From: an uncultured virus (IMG/VR IMGVR_UViG_3300020050_005616)
Lineage: Duplodnaviria > Heunggongvirae > Uroviricota > Caudoviricetes
Strand: one strand, 5' to 3'
Length of the DNA stretch: 20,000 bases
IMG/VR virus record: IMGVR_UViG_3300020050_005616
Below the pieces are notes generated by a model. That model was not told where the DNA came from and did not search any database. It was given only the letters and a program-made list of their open reading frames with translations. The stretch's first letter is position 1; the number at the start of each line of letters is the position of its first letter. Shown piece by piece: positions 7,431-15,447 of the stretch. Position numbers and translations under genes: made by a program.

Positions 7431-8582
7431 ATGCCAACATTTATAAAACCAGGATTCTGGAAAGAAACATGCAATCCTTGTAATGGTTACAAAGGATGGC
7501 TAAATCTTGATCAATTCTCTAGTCAATCGGGAACAAATGGAACAAGTGGAACTTCAGGACTTAATGGAGATAGATATCAAACTACATCTACAACAACTTT
7601 TGAATTAGGAGTGAGTACAACTCTTACAGTTGGTACAGGATTAGCTTATTCAGTGGCACAAGATGTCATTATATCATATAATTCTACTAATCATCAAGTA
7701 AGTGAAGTAGTGAGTTATAATCCTTTAACAGGTGTTTTAGTAATTGGGCCTCCTACTGTTGTAACTGGATCAGGTACATATAGTGTATGGGGAGTAAATC
7801 TAAATGGTGCAGCTGGAGGAAATGGTACAAATGGAACTTCTGGTACAACTGGTACATCAGGTAGCTCTGGAACTAGTGGAACAACTGGTACTTCTGGAAC
7901 AACTGGTACTTCTGGGACTAGTGGGACTAGTGGAACATCAGGAAGTACAGGAACTAGTGGAACAGCTGGGTCTAGTGGGTCTAGTGGTTCATCAGGTACT
8001 TCTGGAACAAGCGGAACATCTGGTACAAGTGGAACTAGTGGATCTTCAGGAGTGAGTAATGCTACAGCATCTTACGGTTTATTTGCTCAAACAGCTGATT
8101 CAACCCCTGTAACTAACACTGCAGTAGAAACAACAATAATAGGACCAGGAGTTGGTACATTAACTGTTCCTGCAAATGCATTTTCTATTGGAGATTCTTT
8201 TACATGTTCGTTAGATGGTATACTTTCTTGTACGAGTTCCTCTACAGTGCATATTAGAATAAAAACAGGAGCTGGTGTACTTCTTGCAGATACTGGAATA
8301 ATTGATTTAGCTGCAGCAACTAATAAAGCTTGGATAATAAATTTATACTTTACAATTAGAACATTAGGAGCAACTACTGTTGCATCTGTTTCATCTGGAG
8401 GATTATTTTCTTATATTAGAAATGGAGGAACACAATTTGAAGGTTATAATTTAAGTACAGTTAATAGCACTACATTTAATACCACTGTAAGCAACACGCT
8501 TGTAATCACCGCTCAATGGGATACAGCTACTATAGATAATTCAATAACATCAAGAAACTTTACATTAACAAAAGTTTATTAA
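7431..8582 (+). CDS. Collagen-like (Gly-Thr-Ser)n fibre protein with beta-rich domains
   Basis: Short and long Gly-X-Y tracts, Thr/Ser-rich throughout; C-terminal domain with TLTVPAN and FNTTVSNTLVITAQW. Confidence 0.7.
   Translation: MPTFIKPGFWKETCNPCNGYKGWLNLDQFSSQSGTNGTSGTSGLNGDRYQTTSTTTFELGVSTTLTVGTGLAYSVAQDVIISYNSTNHQVSEVVSYNPLTGVLVIGPPTVVTGSGTYSVWGVNLNGAAGGNGTNGTSGTTGTSGSSGTSGTTGTSGTTGTSGTSGTSGTSGSTGTSGTAGSSGSSGSSGTSGTSGTSGTSGTSGSSGVSNATASYGLFAQTADSTPVTNTAVETTIIGPGVGTLTVPANAFSIGDSFTCSLDGILSCTSSSTVHIRIKTGAGVLLADTGIIDLAAATNKAWIINLYFTIRTLGATTVASVSSGGLFSYIRNGGTQFEGYNLSTVNSTTFNTTVSNTLVITAQWDTATIDNSITSRNFTLTKVY
7806..8057 (+). repeat. 28 uninterrupted Gly-X-Y triplets, X/Y mostly Thr/Ser
   Basis: GAA GGN GTN GTS GTT ... 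GSS GVS; synonymous codons vary between units. Confidence 0.9.
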
Positions 8583-8583
8583 A

Positions 8584-8615
8584 TTTGGATTTGTAACAAA
8601 TATATACTAAATTTG
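8584..8615 (+). promoter_or_regulatory. Consensus Bacteroidota sigma-A promoter
   Basis: TTTG (8584-8587)-N20-TAAATTTG (8608-8615), intergenic, about 30 nt before ATG 8645. Confidence 0.8.
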
Positions 8616-8644
8616 TGACATAAATCAATTAAATAATTTACATT

Positions 8645-8881
8645 ATGGCACAGTATGATCCTAACAAGAGGTACACATGGACTCCTGAAGACACATTTAC
8701 ATTAACAGGACAACAATTTGGTCTAATTCTTAACACGGTTAGATCTTATCTATCATCAGAAGAAGCAGCACGCTTTCAATTGATGGTTCAGGCTAATGAA
8801 GTGATCGAAAAATTAATGATAGCAGGTGTTGAAGCTGATGTTGTTAAAGAAGTAGAAGAAGCTTCTCCAGTAGCAGAATAG
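8645..8881 (+). CDS. Hypothetical acidic protein
   Basis: 78 aa directly downstream of the promoter. Confidence 0.75.
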   Translation: MAQYDPNKRYTWTPEDTFTLTGQQFGLILNTVRSYLSSEEAARFQLMVQANEVIEKLMIAGVEADVVKEVEEASPVAE

Positions 8882-8941
8882 TTAACATACCTGTTGGGTG
8901 ACGAAAAACAGGTGTTTTATTAAGAACAAAAGCACTTCCTT

Positions 8942-9145
8942 ATGGGAATATACGAACCAAAGAATAGAATAGATGTTACAACACCCAAGGGAGATGGGAT
9001 AATTCTTTTTGTGACTGATTATGGTCATGAGACAGACACCATCTATACAATTATTATTAATACCACAGGTGAGATGTGGCAATACACTCACAAAGATATA
9101 ATCGTTAAACCTAATATAACATTTAAACGCTATGGCAAAGATTAA
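8942..9145 (+). CDS. Hypothetical protein
   Basis: 67 aa, beta-rich, overlaps the next start. Confidence 0.7.
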   Translation: MGIYEPKNRIDVTTPKGDGIILFVTDYGHETDTIYTIIINTTGEMWQYTHKDIIVKPNITFKRYGKD

Positions 9146-9554
9146 AAAAGCACAATCTGGTACTAACTTACCAGAAGCATTGAAAGCAAAAGGTACACCT
9201 AGTATTAAAAATTCTGGGTATAAGCCTTCTACTTCTGAAGAAATTTCAAAAGTTAAGAAGTATACACCACCAAGTGAAAATAGTATTAAAAATTCTGGAT
9301 ACAAACCTTCTACAAAAGAAGAGATATCAAAAATTAAAAAATGGTCACCTCCTAAAAAGAAAAATGGTGGGTCTTTATCTGGACTTAAAGCATCAACAAA
9401 AAGAGTTGGTCCTGTAGATCCTAAAGGAGCATTCACAAAGGTTCAAGAAAGAACATTAGCTGGTGCTAAAGGTAAAGCTAAGCTTGTGAAAGACAAACAA
9501 CTTGGTGCTACAAAGATGACAGCTAAAGCTGGAAAGAAAATCTCTAAGAAATAA
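9132..9554 (+). CDS. Lys-rich basic protein with KKAQxG/KxGG motifs
   Basis: KKAQSG, KKNGG; internal 27-aa duplication. Confidence 0.75.
   Translation: MAKIKKAQSGTNLPEALKAKGTPSIKNSGYKPSTSEEISKVKKYTPPSENSIKNSGYKPSTKEEISKIKKWSPPKKKNGGSLSGLKASTKRVGPVDPKGAFTKVQERTLAGAKGKAKLVKDKQLGATKMTAKAGKKISKK
9201..9353 (+). repeat. Imperfect tandem duplication, 81-bp period
   Basis: SIKNSGYKPSTSEEISKVKKYTPP (from 9201) vs SIKNSGYKPSTKEEISKIKKWSPP (from 9282). Confidence 0.9.
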
Positions 9555-10207
9555 TGGCTACTATTAAGAAAGCTCAACTTGGCTCTTTAATTAAAAAAGG
9601 AGTTAAGGCTGCAACTTCAGCTAACAAGGTTGTTATTCCTCCTAAATTAAAACTTTCTATAAAAAAATCTCAAAGTGCTCCTACAAAATTAAAAAATGTT
9701 GGTGCATCAGAAGCTGAAAAAATAGCTCATGGGAAGAAAACACATATGCAAGAGCAACCATATGACAATCCTGATTACGATAAACCTACATTTTTAGAGC
9801 GTGAAGTTAAAAAAACTAAACCTAAAAAAACAACTGATAAGTATGGTTTTGATCTTCGTCCTGATAGAAATGGTGGTATGCATAAAGCTCAAACTGGTAC
9901 TACCCTTGAGCAAAAACAATTTAATAGTCCTGCAGCAGTAAAAATGCGTAAAACTATTAGTAAACAAAAAGCTTCATTGAAAAAAAGAGCTTGGTCTGAT
10001 TCTAGTTTAGAACCAAATAAAAAGAAAATGAAAAATGGTGGGTCTATAGCTAAAGATGGCAAATGGATGCAGAAAGTTTCAGCTTCTATTAAGAAGCGTG
10101 GCACTGCTGGTAAATGTACACCAATAACTAAACCTGGTTGTACTGGTAAGGCTAAAGCTCTTGCTAAAACTTTCAAGAAGATTGCTAAATCTAATAAAAA
10201 GAAATAA
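9554..10207 (+). CDS. Lys-rich basic protein with KAQxG/KxGG motifs
   Basis: KKAQLG, RNGGMHKAQTG, MKNGGSIAKDG; TAATG coupling. Confidence 0.75.
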   Translation: MATIKKAQLGSLIKKGVKAATSANKVVIPPKLKLSIKKSQSAPTKLKNVGASEAEKIAHGKKTHMQEQPYDNPDYDKPTFLEREVKKTKPKKTTDKYGFDLRPDRNGGMHKAQTGTTLEQKQFNSPAAVKMRKTISKQKASLKKRAWSDSSLEPNKKKMKNGGSIAKDGKWMQKVSASIKKRGTAGKCTPITKPGCTGKAKALAKTFKKIAKSNKKK

Positions 10208-10695
10208 TGTCTAAGTTAAATCCACAGAACGCTACAGCTTATGTAGGCCCTGGTGTATTACGTAAAGGTGGTAAGATAACACCTGTTCCAAATGGTCCTC
10301 TTATTAAGAAGAAAGGCCCATTTAAAGGAAGCACATTGAAAGCTGGTGGTAAGGTTAAGAAGGCTCAGAATGGAGAATCTTTTACTAAAGATGATAAAGG
10401 TTATACTTATACTAAACAAGTAACTAAACCTGAAGGTAAAAGAACTTATCAAGGTAAATCTATTGATCAAGCAACAGCTATGAAAATAGCTAATTTTAAA
10501 TCAAGAGTTACACCAAGTGATTCTTTAAAAACAGTAAAACCTGTAGTAAAAAAGAATGGGGGATTGATTAAACGTGCTGATGGTTCTACATCACAACGTG
10601 GATTATGGGATAACATAAGAGCTAATAAAGGATCTGGAAAGAAACCTACAGCTGAGATGTTAAAACAAGAACGTAAAATTAAAGCTAAGAAATAA
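10207..10695 (+). CDS. Lys-rich basic protein with KAQxG/KxGG motifs
   Basis: RKGG, KAGGKVKKAQNG, KKNGG; C-terminal GLWDNIRA..GSGKKPT module. Confidence 0.75.
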   Translation: MSKLNPQNATAYVGPGVLRKGGKITPVPNGPLIKKKGPFKGSTLKAGGKVKKAQNGESFTKDDKGYTYTKQVTKPEGKRTYQGKSIDQATAMKIANFKSRVTPSDSLKTVKPVVKKNGGLIKRADGSTSQRGLWDNIRANKGSGKKPTAEMLKQERKIKAKK

Positions 10696-10964
10696 TGGCA
10701 ACAGCAGCATGGACTAGAAAAGAAGGAAAGAATCCTTCTGGTGGTCTTAATAAAAAAGGTGTAGCTTCTTACAGAGCTGCTAATCCTGGTAGTAAGTTAA
10801 AAATGGCTGTAACTACTAAACCTTCTAAACTTAAACCTGGAAGTAAATCAGCTAATAGAAGAAAATCATTTTGTGCTAGAATGGGTGGTGTAAAAGGACC
10901 TATGAAGAAACCAAGTGGTAAACCTACAAGAAAAGCATTAGCTTTAAAAAAATGGAATTGTTAA
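10695..10964 (+). CDS. DUF6321-like basic phage protein
   Basis: AWTRKEGKNPSGGLN.KG..SY...RRKSFCARMGG...WNC signature. Confidence 0.7.
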   Translation: MATAAWTRKEGKNPSGGLNKKGVASYRAANPGSKLKMAVTTKPSKLKPGSKSANRRKSFCARMGGVKGPMKKPSGKPTRKALALKKWNC

Positions 10965-10983
10965 TAATCTAAAAAATAAAATC

Positions 10984-11490
10984 ATGTTACAACCTAAAAA
11001 ACCTGTAGTTAAAACTACAACAAAACGTGTTGAATTTAAAAAAACTAAATTTGATAAAGATATAGAAAAAACTAATAAAGGTAATGCATCAGGTGTAAGA
11101 GCTAAAAATGGTAAATCGTTCCCTGATCTTAATAAAGATGGAAAGATTACTAAAGCAGACATCCTTAAAGGACGTGGTGTAATAGCTAAGAAAGGTGCTA
11201 CTATTAAGAAAGCACAAACTGGTTCTACTGTAAAACCTTATGAAAAAAGCGTTAAAACTTCAAAAGAAGTTGGTGTAAAGGGTAATGATTTACTTCGTGT
11301 TGATAGTGCAGGAAAAATTATAGAAAAAGCTATTACTCCACAACAAAAAATAGCTTTAAGATCAAAACAAACTAAAGACAGTACTAGTACAATGAATTCT
11401 AGAAATAGAATGGCTGAGAGTGCTAAAAGATTTGGAAGAGGTATGAAAACTGGTGGTGCTGTTAAAAAATGTAAGTATGGCTGCAAGTAA
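10984..11490 (+). CDS. Lys-rich basic protein with KAQxG/KxGG motifs and an EF-hand-like loop
   Basis: AKNG, DLNKDGKITKAD, KKGATIKKAQTG, MKTGG. Confidence 0.75.
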   Translation: MLQPKKPVVKTTTKRVEFKKTKFDKDIEKTNKGNASGVRAKNGKSFPDLNKDGKITKADILKGRGVIAKKGATIKKAQTGSTVKPYEKSVKTSKEVGVKGNDLLRVDSAGKIIEKAITPQQKIALRSKQTKDSTSTMNSRNRMAESAKRFGRGMKTGGAVKKCKYGCK

Positions 11491-11653
11491 ATCTATGACA
11501 GCTGGTAAAGCTAAGAAGAGTGGAGCACCAAGAATGGCTCCAAAGGTAGCTCCTCCTAAACCCATTAATGGAAATTATATGAAGGAAGCTGATGTTATTC
11601 GTAACAGAAAAAGTGCTCAGCAACCGATGAAAGCTAAAAGATTATCAAAATAA
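11477..11653 (+). CDS. Small basic protein (58 aa)
   Basis: ATG at 11477 (MAASKSMTAGK...) preferred over GTG 11453; ends at the terminator. Confidence 0.65.
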   Translation: MAASKSMTAGKAKKSGAPRMAPKVAPPKPINGNYMKEADVIRNRKSAQQPMKAKRLSK

Positions 11654-11654
11654 G

Positions 11655-11681
11655 AAAGCCCCTTGATGGGGCTTTTTTTTT
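11655..11681 (+). terminator. Intrinsic terminator between convergent blocks, probably bidirectional
   Basis: AAAGCCCC-TTGAT-GGGGCTTT followed by a T run; lies between the stops at 11653 (+) and 11680 (-). Confidence 0.9.
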
Positions 11682-12354
11682 ATTTTAAAGTTTTCATATT
11701 TTCTTTATTCATCTTAGACCACAATGCATCAGGAAATTTATTATCAATACTATCTAAGTAATACTTTTCTTCTTCAGGTAAGTTATTAAGATCTAAATAC
11801 CATGGTATGTGTCTACATGCAAAATCTCCACCTAATCTAACACTTTCATATCTATAACCTGCAGATTTTGCATCAAATGAGAATGTCATATCTGTAATTG
11901 CTCTATAAACATTTTCTTCTTCAGTTGGATACCAGCATACAGATTGATGATGTTCAATACTTTTTTTCATTTCACTCTCAGGAACATCATCTAATCTTAA
12001 AACAAGACTTGGTTTTCTATCATATTTTTTATAATATTCCATCATCATCTCTTGCCAGTTAGATGGCATATTAGGATTAAGTTCAAGATCAGCATCTGAA
12101 TAAACATAAAACTCTTCTTTACAGTTAGAAAAGTGTCCACTATAAAAAAATGTCCAAGGTCCTAAATTAGTTTTCTGTCTTATAATATTTACATCATTCT
12201 TTATCTCATCATACCACTCTAATAAAGGAGGATATGTAGAAGCATTATCTATTATGTTTATTTTAGCATCACCATTTAATCTAAACAGATCTTCTACCAT
12301 TTTTTTAGTAGTGGTAAGTCTATTCATATTAGTTAAATAAATTGGGTAGTTCAT
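11680..12354 (-). CDS. GT2-like glycosyltransferase
   Basis: IYLTNMNR...IIDNAST...NLG...YVYSDADL (DXD), typical GT-A/GT2 layout. Confidence 0.8.
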   Translation of the reverse strand: MNYPIYLTNMNRLTTTKKMVEDLFRLNGDAKINIIDNASTYPPLLEWYDEIKNDVNIIRQKTNLGPWTFFYSGHFSNCKEEFYVYSDADLELNPNMPSNWQEMMMEYYKKYDRKPSLVLRLDDVPESEMKKSIEHHQSVCWYPTEEENVYRAITDMTFSFDAKSAGYRYESVRLGGDFACRHIPWYLDLNNLPEEEKYYLDSIDNKFPDALWSKMNKENMKTLK

Positions 12355-13184
12355 TGTAAAAGTTTGTTTAATTTATAATCATTTAACCAAAGCCAACAAT
12401 CAACATGAGCTTTTGGATAATGTGAATGACTATCTAATTTAGGATTATATATATCAGAATTATTAATAAAATGTTTAAAAAAGTTTAATTTATCATTATA
12501 ATAATTTGGATCACCATTATCCCAACCAGTGCCTCTATAGTAGTGTATAAAACATGAGGATATAAATTGAATTCCCCATGTTGCATCATATAGTAATGCT
12601 CCAGGATTTGTTTGACTAAATATATAAGTTGATTCAAGTTCTCTCATTGGACATGTTACATCTACCCAATTTATAGAATATTTGTTACCTCTAATTAGAT
12701 TACCTGTTCCAGAACCACTATCTCCAAATTTTCCATCAATTTCAAAACCCTCTAAATTTACATTTTTATCATACATTGTAAAAATAGCAGATGAATAATC
12801 TATCATTGATTGTTGATAAAATCCAGCTACATCATGATTATTTAATATAGTGATAAAACTAAAGTTTTTATAAGGGATAACATCATTATCCATTACAACT
12901 CTTATATCTGAAATATCTTTTGCTATGTATTGTTTATATACATAATCAAGAGCAATGATATGATCATATGAACAATAACCATGTCTTTGCTCTTCTTGAT
13001 TTATTATAATCTCCTCAATATTATTTATTAAACAATACTCAGATATTTTATTTTTTGTATCAACATCTATTCCATTATTAATAACAATATATTTAAAATC
13101 ATCAATACAATGTTCTTTTAGTTTTTCATATTGTAATGATAAAAATTCTAATCTATTATAATGTGTTGTATAAACAGTAATCAT
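12351..13184 (-). CDS. GT-A (GT2-like) glycosyltransferase
   Basis: VYTTHYNR.EFL..Q...YIVINNG...H..ALD...VVMDNDV (DXD)...FIHY. Confidence 0.7.
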   Translation of the reverse strand: MITVYTTHYNRLEFLSLQYEKLKEHCIDDFKYIVINNGIDVDTKNKISEYCLINNIEEIIINQEEQRHGYCSYDHIIALDYVYKQYIAKDISDIRVVMDNDVIPYKNFSFITILNNHDVAGFYQQSMIDYSSAIFTMYDKNVNLEGFEIDGKFGDSGSGTGNLIRGNKYSINWVDVTCPMRELESTYIFSQTNPGALLYDATWGIQFISSCFIHYYRGTGWDNGDPNYYNDKLNFFKHFINNSDIYNPKLDSHSHYPKAHVDCWLWLNDYKLNKLLQ

Positions 13185-13189
13185 GTATT

Positions 13190-14500
13190 TTATTTTCTAA
13201 ATAAAAATATTACATCATCATATCTTCCTTTTACATTTCTTAGATCTATTATTTCAAATGGGTATCCAAGTTCTTCAAAATGTTTTTTATCTGAATCAAT
13301 GTTCTGAATATCTTCTACTATTATCATTCCACCTTTTAATATATGAGGGTAAAACTTTTTTACAAATTCTAATTGATCTGGTAATGTATGAGATCCATCA
13401 TCTAAAGCTATTGTAATTTTCATATTATCTACCTCATCTGAAGTAATTTCATTTATGTCTTTTACAACATAATGAGTTCTTTTATTAAAGATGTTAGGTA
13501 TTGCACTATCTATTATGTCATATCCATAGATAATAGCTTTAGTAAAATAATCTCCCCATAAACGTAAACTTCCTCCTTCTCTAACACCCACTTCTAAGAA
13601 AACTATATCTTGATCTTTGTAAGATTTAAATAATTTTTCATAAGTTTCTAAATATGAATGAGCAGTATTTTTATCTGTTTGATAATATGAATAACCTTTA
13701 GAGTTAAATAAATCAACAAGGGTTCTTATTTTATATGGTTTTATATTTATAATTTTTCCATTAGATATATCATAAACATCATCTTTATGAAATAGCATTT
13801 TAATTTTTAGATCATTAACATCTAGTTTAGTATTTCTAGTTTCGCCTATACCACCTTTATGACTAATATCAAATGCAAACTTTTCACAAGGAACTGTTAT
13901 AGGTGGATTAAAATGAAAATAAGCATTGATGTAACTTTCATCATTTACTGCTGGTTCATAAGGAATTTTTTTATCTTCTATCTGCCACTCTCTAAGAGTT
14001 TTACAAAAATCTATAACTTTACCTCTCTTGCCACCAAAGAATGCACCATAATGATATGTACAAGGTAATTTAGTATCTGCTGGCACATATGCTTTAGATG
14101 CAGGGTTTCTATCAAAACCAGCTCCATTAGCTAACCAATCTCTATTGCCATAATGTTCTCCACCTACTAAATCTCCAATAAACCATTCTTCAGTAAAATC
14201 TTTAGACACACTAGTATCTGCATCAAAGTAATATATATATTCACTATCACAATCTGCAAGATCTATCATATTTCTAAACTTATCATTTGTAGCATCTACC
14301 CAATTATCATGTTGAGCATAATAATATTCTACATTGATATCTTCTGGTAAATACTCTTTAGGATCTACATCAGAAAAGAAATAAAAAGTAATCTTCGCAT
14401 CACCTTTATAATGATGCGAAAACTTTTTTATAAAGTTTACACCTAACACAAAGTATGCGTTAGTTGCAAGAATTACAATACCTACTTTTTTTTGTTCCAT
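13190..14500 (-). CDS. GT6 (ABO/alpha-1,3-Gal(NAc)-transferase family) fused to a class I SAM methyltransferase
   Basis: GT6: VGIVILATNAY, YFDAD, FDRNPASKAYVP, YGAFFGG, NDESYINAY. MTase: TDK..HSY...Y, FLEVGVREGGSL..W, GYDI, DDGSH, GGMIIVED. Start at ATG 14500 (TAATG overlap). Confidence 0.85.
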   Translation of the reverse strand: MEQKKVGIVILATNAYFVLGVNFIKKFSHHYKGDAKITFYFFSDVDPKEYLPEDINVEYYYAQHDNWVDATNDKFRNMIDLADCDSEYIYYFDADTSVSKDFTEEWFIGDLVGGEHYGNRDWLANGAGFDRNPASKAYVPADTKLPCTYHYGAFFGGKRGKVIDFCKTLREWQIEDKKIPYEPAVNDESYINAYFHFNPPITVPCEKFAFDISHKGGIGETRNTKLDVNDLKIKMLFHKDDVYDISNGKIINIKPYKIRTLVDLFNSKGYSYYQTDKNTAHSYLETYEKLFKSYKDQDIVFLEVGVREGGSLRLWGDYFTKAIIYGYDIIDSAIPNIFNKRTHYVVKDINEITSDEVDNMKITIALDDGSHTLPDQLEFVKKFYPHILKGGMIIVEDIQNIDSDKKHFEELGYPFEIIDLRNVKGRYDDVIFLFRK

Positions 14501-14781
14501 TACCAAATTTGAATGATGTCAAATGGAGAAACTAACAATACAGTTTCATCATCTGATAAAGGAATTAATGGAGCTTTTGATAAAGCTGCTGGATCTACAA
14601 GAACATAATCACCCACCTTCACTTCCATATTGGCTGTACCAACAGTATGCACTTTAAGTTTGTTCATCTTCTTCAACATTTCTTTCTCTAAAGATTCTTT
14701 TGTATTCTCATCTACAATAAGTTTACTTTCTTCTTTCTTTGGTATCTCTAAGTAGATACGATTTCCTAATAATTTTGCCAT
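14500..14781 (-). CDS. groES: Divergent GroES/Cpn10-like co-chaperonin
   Basis: KLLGNRIYL...ESKLIV...VHTVG...EVKVGDYVLV...DII parallels GroES PL.DRV...V.AVG...VKVGD.V...DIL. Confidence 0.7.
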   Translation of the reverse strand: MAKLLGNRIYLEIPKKEESKLIVDENTKESLEKEMLKKMNKLKVHTVGTANMEVKVGDYVLVDPAALSKAPLIPLSDDETVLLVSPFDIIQIW

Positions 14782-14783
14782 GG

Positions 14784-15059
14784 CTATTTGTATTCTGTTA
14801 AGTTAAAAAATCTTGCTGCGTCTTCTACATTCAATACAATTTCTGATTGAACTGTTTCTCTAACACTCTTGTATCCTTTCATCTTGTTAGTCTTGATGTC
14901 GATATCTGGTTGTTGTGTTACTCTCTCATTGAAATCATCTAGAATGACAATAAGACTTCCATCTTCATTGGTTAAGGTTCTAATAACCTTGTTAAGGTTT
15001 AAGGAAGCTTTGAATTCCTTGTCAGCTATTGTAGCTGTGTAAATAAATTGATTGTTCAT
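14784..15059 (-). CDS. Hypothetical protein
   Basis: 91 aa, in operon, A-rich leader. Confidence 0.75.
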   Translation of the reverse strand: MNNQFIYTATIADKEFKASLNLNKVIRTLTNEDGSLIVILDDFNERVTQQPDIDIKTNKMKGYKSVRETVQSEIVLNVEDAARFFNLTEYK

Positions 15060-15077
15060 ATTGGTTGTTTTTAATTA

Positions 15078-15338
15078 TTAAATTTCTTTTGAGAATTTTA
15101 GATCAGCAAGAATATCTTCATACATTTTCAATGGCATACTACCAGATTGTCTATGTACTTCTTTTCCATCTTTTAGAAACACCATTGTAGGAACACTTCT
15201 GATTCCATACTTTCTAGCTGTTTCTTGATCTTTCTCTATGTCAATGTTTGTTATTCCTTCTACATCTTTTAATGTATTAGATAACACTCTACAAGGGCCA
15301 CACCATGTGGCACTGAATTTAAGCACTTCTATTTTCAT
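15078..15338 (-). CDS. trxA: Thioredoxin
   Basis: FSATWCGPCR active site; YGIRSVPT..F.KDG. Confidence 0.95.
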   Translation of the reverse strand: MKIEVLKFSATWCGPCRVLSNTLKDVEGITNIDIEKDQETARKYGIRSVPTMVFLKDGKEVHRQSGSMPLKMYEDILADLKFSKEI

Positions 15339-15447
15339 TTTTATTATATTTTGTTTTAGATGCAGAGTTTATCGCATTTTTTCTATTGTTTTTAATACTT
15401 TGTTCTATTACAGCATTGATTGCATCAAAGTATAGAATACTTCTCAT
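15319..15447 (-). CDS. Possible 42-aa ORF bridging HNH and thioredoxin
   Basis: MRSILYFDAINAVIEQSIKNNRKNAINSASKTKYNKNENRSA fills the gap and overlaps both neighbours by about 20 nt. Confidence 0.35.
   Translation of the reverse strand: MRSILYFDAINAVIEQSIKNNRKNAINSASKTKYNKNENRSA

Noticed and set aside
7804..8055. 83-aa alternative-frame ORF
   Set aside because: Frame shadow of the GTS repeat.
8882..11565. Antisense Phe/Leu-rich ORFs (8882, 9889, 10258, 10944, 11238, 11362)
   Set aside because: Reverse complements of Lys-rich coupled + strand genes.
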